Shown: piece by piece, positions 49,942-59,618 of the stretch
Layout: each line of letters begins with the position of its first letter
How positions within the stretch are numbered: position 1 is the stretch's first letter
Assembly (NCBI GenBank): GCA_965221485.1
Contig: OZ244893.1
Span: forward strand, 1,995,529-2,059,528
DNA: 64,000 nt
From: Alphaproteobacteria bacterium
GTDB lineage: Bacteria; Pseudomonadota; Alphaproteobacteria; MPNO01; UBA830
Reading direction: 5' to 3'
The notes under the pieces: model-generated
The model's database searches: none
The model's input: only the letters and a program-made list of their open reading frames with translations
Told to the model about the DNA's origin: nothing
Made by a program: the position numbers and the translations under genes

Positions 49942-50772
49942 TCACAATCCTGTCAGGGCGGTATCCATGGCGGCACCGGTCAACACCGCCTGCGCCGCCG
50001 GCGAGAAACCTCCGTCGGGATGATGAAGCGTCAAACCTGCGGTGAGACTGAGCGGCGTCCGGGCACCCTTGCGGGCTCGCAGGATTACACGCTTTGCAGC
50101 CACACCGGGCTTGGGCCACAGGGGAATAATGACAATGCCACCCACCCGGCCCTTGAGCAGTGACAGGATCCGGTCCAACCTGTCTGCACGATGAACCAGC
50201 GTGACATGGGCGCCATGCCGCGCCGTCTGCAACATGAATTCGAGCCACGCTTCAAGGGTCGTGCATCCTTCAGCGCGTGAGATCCGCTCTGGCCCGTCAA
50301 CCGGCAGGCAATCCCGCTTCGGATCCAGATACGGAGGATTGGCCATAACATGATCGAAGCGACCTGCCAGGTCCGCAGGCACAACCTGCATGATATCTCC
50401 GCATCTGATCGCAACCCGATCTGCCAACGCATTCAATCGCGCGTTTTCATTTGCCAACCGGACCAGATGCGGCTGCAGTTCAACCCCGCAAATCGTGCAG
50501 CCCGGCACGCGCCGGGCGAGGCACAGCGCGGCCGTGCCGTGCCCGGCTCCCACATCAAGGATGTTCTCGCCCGGGCGAGCCGTGACCGCAGCAGCGAGGC
50601 AGATCGGGTCAATCGCTGCCCGATATCCGGAAACAGGCTGGCGCAAGACAAGCTGACCACCCAGAAATCTGTCTTCGGTGAGCGGGAATGCAGACGCGGT
50701 CCCGGGATCAGGCAAGCCGACTTCCCTCGCCGGCATCCTCAAGCAGGCGTCGCGCTTGCTCATAATCCTCAT
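49942..50772 (-). CDS. SAM-dependent N6-adenine / N5-glutamine-type methyltransferase (NPPY motif; tRNA m6A37 TrmN6/YfiC-like)
   Basis: SAM-binding motif ILDVGAGHGTAAL and the NPPY catalytic motif. The start may be an internal Met (50736). Confidence 0.7.
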   Translation of the reverse strand: MRIMSKRDACLRMPAREVGLPDPGTASAFPLTEDRFLGGQLVLRQPVSGYRAAIDPICLAAAVTARPGENILDVGAGHGTAALCLARRVPGCTICGVELQPHLVRLANENARLNALADRVAIRCGDIMQVVPADLAGRFDHVMANPPYLDPKRDCLPVDGPERISRAEGCTTLEAWLEFMLQTARHGAHVTLVHRADRLDRILSLLKGRVGGIVIIPLWPKPGVAAKRVILRARKGARTPLSLTAGLTLHHPDGGFSPAAQAVLTGAAMDTALTGL

Positions 50773-50926
50773 CAGCCACCATCATCCGTCTCAGAATAGC
50801 CCCTGCGCTGCCTTCAAGCGTGCTCATGTGACCGTCGAGAACGAAGGTTTCAATGTCTTCCGCGCCGAGCAGAGCCTCTACCCACGATAAAAACACCATT
50901 TCATTGGTTCTAAGCAGTTCCTTCAC
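50708..50926 (-). CDS. DUF2007-family small protein (putative signal-transducing protein)
   Basis: ~72 aa from the GTG at 50926 with an AAGGGA RBS (MKELLRTNEMVFLSWVEALLGAEDIETFVLDGHMSTLEGS...). The track ORF has a longer N-terminal extension. Confidence 0.5.
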   Translation of the reverse strand: MKELLRTNEMVFLSWVEALLGAEDIETFVLDGHMSTLEGSAGAILRRMMVADEDYEQARRLLEDAGEGSRLA

Positions 50927-51003
50927 GAGCAAGTCCCTTGACCCGAAAATCTTCCTGTCTATGTTCCAACGGTCCGCACTGATCGTCAAGAATTGAGAAT
51001 TTC

Positions 51004-52026
51004 ATGAGCGTCGTTATCGACTTGGACCGCGAACGCCGGGATCGGCCCCAGCCCAGCCTCAACACTCTGGCAGCGCTTACCACCGATGACATGACGCAGG
51101 TGAATCAGACCATCGTTGACCGGATGGACAGTCCGGTGATTCTCATTCCCCAGGTCGCCCGTCACATTACGGCAGCGGGCGGCAAACGATTGCGCCCGAT
51201 GCTGACACTGGCAAGTTCCCGGCTTTGCGGATATCAGGGCACGCGGCATATCAGTCTCGCTGCCTGTGTCGAATTTATCCACACCGCGACGCTGCTTCAT
51301 GACGATGTCGTCGACGAGAGCAACATGCGCCGTGGCACAGCAAGCGCCAACGCGATCTGGGGCAACAAGTCCAGCGTCCTGGTCGGCGACTTCCTGTTCA
51401 GTCGCGCTTTTGAACTGATGGTGGAAGACGGGGACCTCAAGGTCCTGGAAATCCTTTCAACCGCTTCATCGGTCATTGCGGAAGGCGAAGTCCTGCAGCT
51501 TGTCATCGCCAACGACACGGAAACGACCGAAGCCGATTACCTGGAAGTTGTCCGGTGCAAGACTGCCAGGCTGTTCGCGGCCGCTTGCGAAATTGGAGCG
51601 GTGATATCCGGGAGCCCGGAACGGGAACGCAACGCGCTTCGCGCCTTTGGACACAATCTGGGAATGGCATTTCAGCTGGTCGACGATGTCCTCGACTATT
51701 CGGCCAAGCAAGCCGCCCTCGGCAAGACTGTGGGGGACGACTTTCGGGAGGGAAAGATCACGCTCCCCATTGTTCTGGCCTTTCAGTCGGCAGATGAGGA
51801 AGGCCGGAAGTTCTGGCGACGGACGCTCGAGGAACTCGAACAGAAGAAAAGCGATATTCGTCGAGCCGTCAAGATGCTGGAACAATCAGGAGCCCTGGCG
51901 GCCACCATGAACAGGGCCCGCGAGTATGCGATCAAGGCCCAGTCCGAACTTGAAGAGTTTCCTTCGAATCAGTTCAAGGCCGCACTCATGGAAGCTGTAT
52001 CATTCACGGTCAGCCGATCCTGCTAG
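51004..52026 (+). CDS. ispB: Polyprenyl diphosphate synthase (octaprenyl-diphosphate synthase-like)
   Basis: First and second aspartate-rich motifs (LLHDDVVDES and FQLVDDVLD). Length is 340 aa. Confidence 0.85.
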   Translation: MSVVIDLDRERRDRPQPSLNTLAALTTDDMTQVNQTIVDRMDSPVILIPQVARHITAAGGKRLRPMLTLASSRLCGYQGTRHISLAACVEFIHTATLLHDDVVDESNMRRGTASANAIWGNKSSVLVGDFLFSRAFELMVEDGDLKVLEILSTASSVIAEGEVLQLVIANDTETTEADYLEVVRCKTARLFAAACEIGAVISGSPERERNALRAFGHNLGMAFQLVDDVLDYSAKQAALGKTVGDDFREGKITLPIVLAFQSADEEGRKFWRRTLEELEQKKSDIRRAVKMLEQSGALAATMNRAREYAIKAQSELEEFPSNQFKAALMEAVSFTVSRSC

Positions 52027-52738
52027 AACGGCACTTGCTTCGGTGGTGACGGACAGCTTCACCGCGACGCGCCCCACATTTGCCTTTCAATCATGGCTCA
52101 GGCTGTCCCGCATTCAATGATCAATTCCCGGAATTCGGTCAAAGAAGCACAGCCAACAGTCCTCCATCGAGCGTCCTGTCTTCTCTCGACAGCAGTCTCT
52201 TGAAGCCACTGTCGCCCAGGGTCAAGCTCGCTCTCGCTGTCTTTACCCTCGGCCCTTTTCGTGGCAAGCCGTGATACGGGCCTGAGCTGGTCGTGCTCCG
52301 ACGGCAGCGTTCTGCAAGAAATCGGGGGCGGGATAAACTGTCGGCGACGAACACGCCATTACAACGCGGGCCCAACGGCACAAAATGCCCGACGTTGTGG
52401 GATGTTCTCCAAAGGCGCCGGCAATCTGGCGCCGACACGGCACCTGCAATATCATTACATTCAAAAGCATTACGGACGGTCGCGAGTGCGGATCGCAAGA
52501 CACTTGATACCTTACGGGGGCCGGCATCCTTCTCCTGACGGTATCGGTCTGGCTGGGCCTCGTGCCTGCCCACCAGGTTCGCTGCCTTGTGCAGGTTCAC
52601 TTGTCTCGCACGTGGAGTTCCGCTCCGGAGTTTCGTCGATCATGAAATCGACGGCTTATGATGCAAGCTCCCGGGCTTCGGACAGGCCCGACATCCGCAT
52701 CAGGGGATCCCGTTCAGTATCCGTCATCGCGACACCCC

Positions 52739-53659
52739 CTACCCCAGGAAACACTTCTCGTTGTGCCAGGCCAGGACATCGGGATCGGGCCGGCGTGAGG
52801 CGTCCTCGGGCACGCTGATGCGGTGACCATGGAGCGCGTAATAATGCCGGCCGTTTTCGAACTCCTCCCTGATCCTGCGGCTGACCTCGAAGTCCAGACT
52901 CGGCGTCACCGTCACATAGCCGGCATCGAACAGGCTGTGGATGTCGCGTCTGAGCAGAAGCCCGTTTTGCTCATCATGGGCGCCGCCGTCCCCATAGGGC
53001 CGGATATGCGCCGCTTCCAGCGCCGGCAGCGTCCGTTCCTCGGTCACCGCGCAGCGACGGCTATAGATGTCGGTCACCATGACACGGAAGGCGCCTTGCC
53101 CGAGACGTGGCGGGATGAGATACGGTTCACCGAATCGCGCCCGTTCCTCCGCCATACCAGGGATTGGACGCCGGCTCAGGCGTTCGTTGACCCTCTCCCA
53201 CAGGGCCAGGCCTTCGGAGTCGCCCGTATTGTAGGTCTTGAACCGGACAATGTTCGGCGACCAGCTTTTCGGCGCAGGGATCCAGTCGGCCTCGTCGAAA
53301 AAGAACGGCTGGGTCAGGATACGGCAGCCAATGTCAAAATCGCGGCGGTCGTCGGGATTGACCCTTCTGTACTTGGCGATGTGCGCGCGCATTTCCCCGG
53401 CGGACCGCGCACCGTTGGCCTCACCAAACGCTTCCCAGGCCAGCGAGCACGGCAGTGCATTGGCATAGGCAAAAATCCCCCCTCCGACGATAAAGTTGCG
53501 CGGCGAGCGCAGCTTGAACAGGAATATTTCACCCCGCTGGAGCGCCCCGAAATTCCCCGCCGAGGGCGACCAGAAATTGACCTCGCCAAGGTCCGGCTGG
53601 CGTCGCAGCATCTCGAACCAGTCTCCGTCGGTGACGGCGACAACAAGGTTGATGCCCAT
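52739..53659 (-). CDS. PUA/EVE-like N-terminal domain fused to a C-terminal HNH nuclease (COG3440-type putative modification-dependent restriction endonuclease)
   Basis: The C-terminal HNH motif is TLPALEAAHIRPYGDGGAHDEQNGLLLRRDIHSLFDAGYV. The N-terminal ~150 aa show an EVE/PUA beta-barrel-like pattern (WFEMLRRQ...VNFWSP...GEIFLFKLRSP...IVGGGIFAYAN). Confidence 0.6.
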   Translation of the reverse strand: MGINLVVAVTDGDWFEMLRRQPDLGEVNFWSPSAGNFGALQRGEIFLFKLRSPRNFIVGGGIFAYANALPCSLAWEAFGEANGARSAGEMRAHIAKYRRVNPDDRRDFDIGCRILTQPFFFDEADWIPAPKSWSPNIVRFKTYNTGDSEGLALWERVNERLSRRPIPGMAEERARFGEPYLIPPRLGQGAFRVMVTDIYSRRCAVTEERTLPALEAAHIRPYGDGGAHDEQNGLLLRRDIHSLFDAGYVTVTPSLDFEVSRRIREEFENGRHYYALHGHRISVPEDASRRPDPDVLAWHNEKCFLG

Positions 53660-53748
53660 GGCCAGTTGCCCCCTTTATTCCTGCCTAGAGATTACGATCC
53701 GCAGCGACGCATTTGCCAGGATTGTCGTCGAGGAAATATACCAGATCC

Positions 53749-54516
53749 TCAGGCAGGAGCCTGGAGCTCATATCGGATCGCCTCTTCGATTTCCACAGGA
53801 TTGCGTTCGTAGTCCTGCACCAGATCACTGACAGATTCACCGGCCCTGTAGCGCTCCGCGATCACTTCTGTTGCCAGTCCGGTACCGGCAATCACGGGGC
53901 GTCCAGCGGAGAGAGTGGGGTCAATGACCACGAGCGCCGGATCGTCTTTCAGCGCGGAGCGCGTATACGGATAGAGTCTGATGGGTACGCCATTGCTGTC
54001 ACGTTCTATTCGCCTCAAGGCCGCACTGATGATCTCCCGCATCGCCATCTGTCCTTCCCGGCCGATATTGACGAGCTCGTCATATTGCTGAATCAACAGG
54101 TCCAGACCATTCGCTGCCAGTTCACGGCTGATCAGCGGATGCAGTTCATCCCCTGGATGTTTCGCGCATGTGCCGAGGAACCGGATCGCTTTTCGTACCT
54201 TTGCCATCCTGATCCGATGGTCTCTCCGGATGGCGGCAAGCACATGAAGCTCCACCAGATTCAGAAAGGAAAGCCGTGTCGGAGATTTCGCGGGCACCGT
54301 GATCAGCGGCCCATGGCTGGCACGACCCATCGACCAGTATCGAACAGTTGCCGCTGGCAGAGACAGGTATTGAGCCGCCTCTGAAACTGTATAGGCCGGG
54401 AGTTCGCGCGGATCCCGGGTCTGGTTCGGGCTTTTTGTCACGATGAGGCGTCTCCCCATCCTGATTCCCGTTTCAGGAACACAACGATTAACACGATCGG
54501 GTTTTGTACTCCACAC
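53749..54516 (-). CDS. HTH (MerR/excisionase-like) + DUF433 domain protein
   Basis: The N-terminus YTVSEAAQYLSLPAATVRYW is an HTH. The C-terminus GRPVIAGTGLATEVIAERYRAGESVSDLVQDYERNPVEIEEAIRYE matches the DUF433 pattern. It is 90 bp upstream of the EVE-HNH gene on the same strand. The start could be the internal ATG at ~54459. Confidence 0.55.
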   Translation of the reverse strand: MWSTKPDRVNRCVPETGIRMGRRLIVTKSPNQTRDPRELPAYTVSEAAQYLSLPAATVRYWSMGRASHGPLITVPAKSPTRLSFLNLVELHVLAAIRRDHRIRMAKVRKAIRFLGTCAKHPGDELHPLISRELAANGLDLLIQQYDELVNIGREGQMAMREIISAALRRIERDSNGVPIRLYPYTRSALKDDPALVVIDPTLSAGRPVIAGTGLATEVIAERYRAGESVSDLVQDYERNPVEIEEAIRYELQAPA

Positions 54517-55279
54517 AGCAGAATTGCAGGGTGCCAGGAACGCAGCAGGGGCGTCAGGCCTCGGAGAGCCTTGGGCCGGAAATGATCTCGATCAGGAACT
54601 TCTCGCTGCGGGGCAAACGAACAAGGGGATATTCCGCAAGCTGAGGATGAAACCTGAAGGCCGTACGCTACCGGTTCCCGTCCGTTATCGAGACATCGTG
54701 CGCGAATTTGGGGCAGGTCCTGATCTCGACTGCAACATGACGTCCAGACAAAAGAAAACCTGTGAGGAAAAATGTGCAAAATTCAGGCCACAACAACCTG
54801 ATGCAGGACTGAAATCAGCACCTGGGTGCCTACAGACCGCGAGGGAAACCATCTCTTGGGTGGCGACCGTTTACGAACTGGCAGCCAACCCGGCGCCTTC
54901 TTGGTGAGGTCAGCTTGCGCAAACACCGTGCCATGCCCACCTTCTCGGTCCGTGATATAGGAAGACTCCAGATCGCGTTGGTAGTTTTGCGGATTGTCTT
55001 CCCGAACAACATGATGATCTGGGCAATTGGTCAGCAGGACCTTCATCACATTGTGAGCCTTTTCGAACGGTTTGACAGCCGCACAAGGTTCCCCGATCAC
55101 CGTCCCCGCACCGCCAGGCTCACGGCAGCGACGGGTGGTCCATCTTCGCTACCAGGCAGCCCGCACCAGATCAGCTATTACCGTCCGCCATTCGGGCCTG
55201 GGTATCATGGCCCGTCGCCGGGCCCGGCGCTGGACCATCTGGCGAACCTGCAGTGAGGTCGTGCTTCGTCAGGACATCG

Positions 55280-55651
55280 TCATCCGGCTGCATCGGACGG
55301 TTGATGAATTTCCACGATCCGATCCGGCGAAACATGCACGCCGTAGGTCTTCAGGGGCTGGTCTCCTGTCACGCGGAAGCCGTGGACACGGCCGGCGGGA
55401 AACACCAGTGTCATCTCGGGCGCAAGGTCGATCCTGTCGTCATGACCCTCCATCCACGCTTCGCCATGTCCTTCCAGTACGGTCAGAATTTCCATGTAGG
55501 GGTGGGAATGATCCGGCGTTTCATATCCCGGCGGCGAGGTTTGAATCCCGCACCGCACCGGGGTCGAGCCGACACCATCCCCCACCAGCGTCTGATAGAA
55601 CGCGCCGCCGGGAAACGGTTCCTTTTCGACATCCGGATGACGAATGATCAT
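55280..55651 (-). CDS. Cupin-domain protein
   Basis: Cupin motifs PDHSHPYMEILTVLEGHGE and FPAGRVHGF. The start is the ATG at 55651 (MIIRHPDVEK). Confidence 0.65.
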   Translation of the reverse strand: MIIRHPDVEKEPFPGGAFYQTLVGDGVGSTPVRCGIQTSPPGYETPDHSHPYMEILTVLEGHGEAWMEGHDDRIDLAPEMTLVFPAGRVHGFRVTGDQPLKTYGVHVSPDRIVEIHQPSDAAG

Positions 55652-55687
55652 GGCAATTGTCCCCTTCTCGCAGCCTGACACCACAGT

Positions 55688-57586
55688 TCAACACCCTTCA
55701 CCGGTCATGACCAGCGACGAATCCCGGGATCGGCGTACAGCCATGTAGACAATACCACAACCTGCGGCTGCAACGATCAGAACCACTGGCGACTCGGGTC
55801 CCATCCAGATGGTGCTCGAGCCCACAATCAGGCAGGCACAATACATAAGGATTGCCCGGACCCATCCTGAAGAGCCGCCGCTACCGAACACCGTCACCGA
55901 ATTGGCAAGCAAAAGGCCTGCTGATACCGTCGTTGCCACTGCATAAATAATCGCAATCAGGCTGCCTTCCAGCAGCATGGCAGGATTGAAAGCCCAGAGA
56001 TAGGGAAGCAGATAGGCCGTGGCAGCGAGCTGGACACCGATGAAGCCCGTCCTCCACATATTTGCGCCAGCCATTTCAGCCGCGACCATCGACGCAATCG
56101 CAACCGGCGGCGTCAACATGCTGATCAGTCCAAAATAAAACAGGAACAGGTGCGCACCAATCGGTACCAGCCCCATATTGATAAGGGCCGGACCGATAAC
56201 CGAAACCAGTACGATATACACGGTAGCTGTCGGCATGCCCATTCCGAGAATGATGCAGATCGCGGAGGTCAGCATCAGCATGACCAGAATGCCGCTGCTC
56301 TTTCCGATCGCGGTCAGGATCAGGCTCAGCTGAAAGGCCAGACCTGTCGAGTTCAGGACGCCAAGTATGATGCCTGCGGCCCCACCGATCAGGAGGAGCG
56401 GTACAAGAATTTCACCGCTTCCTAGAAAAAAGTTCCGCCATTGCAGCAGAGACGGCGGGCGCCGGTCACGGATGGTCATGAGAACAATCAGGCTCGCGCC
56501 CGAATACAGAGCCGACAGGCCCGGATTGTATCCAAGCCAGAACAGGAAATAGAGAAGAACCACAATCGGCAATATGAAGATCCAGCCGGTCTTGAGGACC
56601 GAAAGAACCACCGGAAGTTCCTCTCGCGGCAACCCCTTGATGTGATAGCGCCGGGCAATGGCATCAACCTGAATGAAAAGAACAAGAAAATAGATGGCCG
56701 CCGGCAGGGCTGCCGCGATCACCACATCCTGGTAGGGGATCTCGAGAAATTCAGCAATGATGAAGGCCGTAGCTCCCATCACCGGAGGGGCAATCTGGCC
56801 TCCGTTTGAGGCCACGGCCTCAATCGCCCCGGCATATTCCTTTCGAAATCCGGTACGCTTCATGAGCGGTATGGTCACAATCCCGGTCGACATGATATTC
56901 GCTACAGTCGATCCCGAAATCGTGCCGAACGCACTTGATGCAATCACGGCGACCTTTGCCGGTCCGCCGCGGCGATGCCCCATCCAGCCCATCGCCAGAT
57001 CGTTCAGAAACGCAGTGCCACCGCTCACTTCCATCAGCTTGCCGAAAATGATGAAAGCAAGCACGAGGTTGACCACGACCTGGAGCACAAGGCCCGGCAC
57101 CCCGTTATTGTCAGCATAGTAATAGGTGATGGTCTTGGTGGTCGGGAAGACTTCCGCTTCAAGAACACCTGGCAAATGATGGCCCAGAAACGCATAGAGA
57201 ATAATGACCCAGACCAGGCCGGCAATGATCTTTCCGGCCGCCTTGCGCAGCCCTTCCATCATAAGCACCAGGGCAATCAGGCCGGGCACCCATTTGTCGG
57301 GAGTGCGTTCGTGTGCCGTGACGATCCAGTCCTCAAAATTGTAGGCCATCCAGAACCAGCACAGAAAGGCGATCAGCGCCAGCGCCAGCTCCAGCATGGT
57401 TGGACGGCTGAAATACGGATATCTCAGAAAGCCACAGGCACAGGCCAGCCCCAGTATCACTCCCAGAATCTGCTGAAAGGTGAGAGCGATACCAAAGTAA
57501 TCGGTTACGGCCAGAATCCAGCCAATTCCAACCACGGGAATGGCGGCAAGACACACATTCAGCGTTACGCCGGCAACTCTCTCCAT
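55688..57586 (-). CDS. TRAP transporter fused permease (4TM/12TM fusion, TAXI-associated)
   Basis: 632 aa, highly hydrophobic. It is a DctQ-like + DctM-like fusion located directly downstream of the TAXI receptor gene. Confidence 0.8.
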   Translation of the reverse strand: MERVAGVTLNVCLAAIPVVGIGWILAVTDYFGIALTFQQILGVILGLACACGFLRYPYFSRPTMLELALALIAFLCWFWMAYNFEDWIVTAHERTPDKWVPGLIALVLMMEGLRKAAGKIIAGLVWVIILYAFLGHHLPGVLEAEVFPTTKTITYYYADNNGVPGLVLQVVVNLVLAFIIFGKLMEVSGGTAFLNDLAMGWMGHRRGGPAKVAVIASSAFGTISGSTVANIMSTGIVTIPLMKRTGFRKEYAGAIEAVASNGGQIAPPVMGATAFIIAEFLEIPYQDVVIAAALPAAIYFLVLFIQVDAIARRYHIKGLPREELPVVLSVLKTGWIFILPIVVLLYFLFWLGYNPGLSALYSGASLIVLMTIRDRRPPSLLQWRNFFLGSGEILVPLLLIGGAAGIILGVLNSTGLAFQLSLILTAIGKSSGILVMLMLTSAICIILGMGMPTATVYIVLVSVIGPALINMGLVPIGAHLFLFYFGLISMLTPPVAIASMVAAEMAGANMWRTGFIGVQLAATAYLLPYLWAFNPAMLLEGSLIAIIYAVATTVSAGLLLANSVTVFGSGGSSGWVRAILMYCACLIVGSSTIWMGPESPVVLIVAAAGCGIVYMAVRRSRDSSLVMTGEGC

Positions 57587-57628
57587 GACCGGGCCGTTAT
57601 GCGTTTGCGCGACTTGCCGCCATCAGGC

Positions 57629-58648
57629 CTACTTCATGAGCATGGCGTCCTGTTGGGCATTGGCGTCCGTGTAGATGCCGGCTTCCTTGTAATATTTTGC
57701 CGCACCGGGATGATACGGAATCGGATTGTTGGACGGCGCGAGGGCACCCAGTTTCGTGCCTCTGAGCGGCGGATAGTCCTTTTGCATCTGCGCCCAGTTT
57801 TCGTAGATGGCCTTGGCCAGATTGTACGCATCCTGGTCACTGACCCCGGTACCGACATTGAGAAAGGAATCGAAGGCCGCGATCTTTGTCGCACCGCGAA
57901 CAAACGGCTTGTTCTTGCTTGGATTTTCAACCATGGAATAAAGGCCGGCCATGCCCTTGCCGAGAAACTCGTCGGTAGCCTTCGGTCCAACCGGAAGAAT
58001 CCGCAGCCCACCGGGGACTGTTGCATGCGCCTTGCGCAGTGCCGGCATGCCCGTTGCGATGGGAGCTGCATCGACCCGTCCCTGCACCACCATTCCGATA
58101 CTCGCAACCACGCCGCCCGACTCGACGGCCGTATAATCGCCCGGCATCAGGTTTGCCGAGCTGAGAATCGTCCGGTTGGCCTGGGCAAGAGAAACATTGG
58201 TCTTGAACTTCACGACCACCCGCTTGCCCTTCAGGTCCTCAAGCTTCCTGATTCCCGAATTGTCCTTGACCATATAGGCATAAGGCAGGATCCAGACACG
58301 TGCGATCGACCGCACATTCTTGGTCGCTGACTTGTACGGAGCGTGACCGCCATAGGCCAGACCCGAGTCCAGCGACGAGTTCAGACCCAGTGTGATTTCG
58401 CCGGCATCCATCAGCGGAAGATAAACCGATGAGCCAGCATGCGGCTGCGCGGTTGAACGAATGCCCAGTTTCTCCTGAAACAGCTTGGCAAACCCGCTCC
58501 CCAGGAGAAAATATGTTGATCCCTGGGGGTTTGTGCCAATGGTAATGCGTTTCAACTGGGCATCGGCGGACGATGAAAGGCCAGCGGCAAAGGCGCCGAC
58601 GGCAGCGGTGACAACCGCAAACCCGAGCACACGTGTCAACATGATCAA
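57629..58648 (-). CDS. TAXI-family TRAP transporter solute-binding protein
   Basis: Signal peptide plus the TAXI hallmarks (ITIGTNPQGSTYFLLGSGFAKL, ...DAGEITLG...). Confidence 0.8.
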   Translation of the reverse strand: MIMLTRVLGFAVVTAAVGAFAAGLSSSADAQLKRITIGTNPQGSTYFLLGSGFAKLFQEKLGIRSTAQPHAGSSVYLPLMDAGEITLGLNSSLDSGLAYGGHAPYKSATKNVRSIARVWILPYAYMVKDNSGIRKLEDLKGKRVVVKFKTNVSLAQANRTILSSANLMPGDYTAVESGGVVASIGMVVQGRVDAAPIATGMPALRKAHATVPGGLRILPVGPKATDEFLGKGMAGLYSMVENPSKNKPFVRGATKIAAFDSFLNVGTGVSDQDAYNLAKAIYENWAQMQKDYPPLRGTKLGALAPSNNPIPYHPGAAKYYKEAGIYTDANAQQDAMLMK

Positions 58649-58835
58649 CTCCCTGAATTCAATTTGATGATTAGCGCATTATCTTTCATAAGATGCATGA
58701 AGGTGCAAGCATAACACCGGCAGCGAGGACGGTTAACCTTAACTTTGGCCGCGGACCGGTTTCGTCCGGCCCCTCCTTTGCCTCCCGAACATTCCCGACT
58801 TAGACTCACGATCAGTTCAAATAGCCGGTCCACAT

Positions 58836-59615
58836 ATGAGTTACGAAACTATTCTCTACGAAGTGGAGGGACCCGTGGGGACCCTCACGCTCAACCGCCC
58901 TCATGACGGCAACATGTTTACCGAAACCATGTGCCACGAGGTTCGCGACGTCATCAACGGCATACGTCGGGAAACACGCACCCGGGTGATCGTGATCACC
59001 GGCGCCGGGGACCGGTTCTTTTGCATCGGGGGCCGCAAGGACGGCATGGAGGACTCGCGGCTCTATGCCGGGGTTCTGCCAACCCTCGAAATGTATGAGG
59101 CAATCGATAAACTCCAGAAACCGGTGATCGCCAGCGTGAACGGTTACGCTGTTGGCGGCGGCAACGTTCTGCAGATGGTGTGCGATCTCACCATAGCCAG
59201 GGAAAGCGCCGTGTTCCGACAGGTAGGGCCAATGATGGGCTCTTTCGATGCGGGCTATGGCACCTGGTACCTCGAAGATCTCGTTGGCAAGAAAAAAGCC
59301 AAGGAACTCTGGTATTGCAATGTCAGAATTCCGGCCCGGGAAGCCCTTGAAATGGGGCTGGTCAACCGGGTGGTCCCGGATGACCAGTTGAGCGAGGCAA
59401 CCCGGGACTTCGCTCTCGAGGTAGCCGAACGTGGTTCGTTTGCTCTCGCTTCGATCAAGGCTGCGTTCAATGCGCGTCACGGGGGCGTGGGCGGACTTTC
59501 GCGCATGGCCCATGATCTCCTGCTGCGAAGCTATCTCGACAGCGGCGAGTCCAGGGAACTGGCCTCTGCCTTTGGCGAGCGCAGGAAACCGGACGCGAAC
59601 AGGTTCGGCACGTGA
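58836..59615 (+). CDS. Crotonase-superfamily enzyme of the MenB / BadI (2-ketocyclohexanecarboxyl-CoA hydrolase) subfamily
   Basis: GAGDRFFCIGG...IASVNGYAVGGGNVLQMVCDLTIA closely parallels the MenB/BadI active-site block ([25 protein letters not shown]). There is no menaquinone context. Confidence 0.65.
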   Translation: MSYETILYEVEGPVGTLTLNRPHDGNMFTETMCHEVRDVINGIRRETRTRVIVITGAGDRFFCIGGRKDGMEDSRLYAGVLPTLEMYEAIDKLQKPVIASVNGYAVGGGNVLQMVCDLTIARESAVFRQVGPMMGSFDAGYGTWYLEDLVGKKKAKELWYCNVRIPAREALEMGLVNRVVPDDQLSEATRDFALEVAERGSFALASIKAAFNARHGGVGGLSRMAHDLLLRSYLDSGESRELASAFGERRKPDANRFGT

Positions 59616-59618
59616 CGC

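Noticed and set aside
52823-53812. 329-aa + strand ORF
   Set aside because: It is antisense to the EVE-HNH nuclease gene. The sense frame carries the HNH motif.
54783-55100. 105-aa minus-strand ORF (…NCPDHHVVREDNPQNYQRDLES…) in the ORF-poor region between the HTH-DUF433 gene and the cupin gene
   Set aside because: It has no recognisable family. It starts at a GTG without an RBS. Extending upstream hits a stop after a few Arg-rich codons. It is possibly a decayed gene fragment, but the evidence is insufficient to call it.
56975-58330. 451-aa + strand ORF
   Set aside because: It is antisense to the TRAP permease and TAXI receptor genes.
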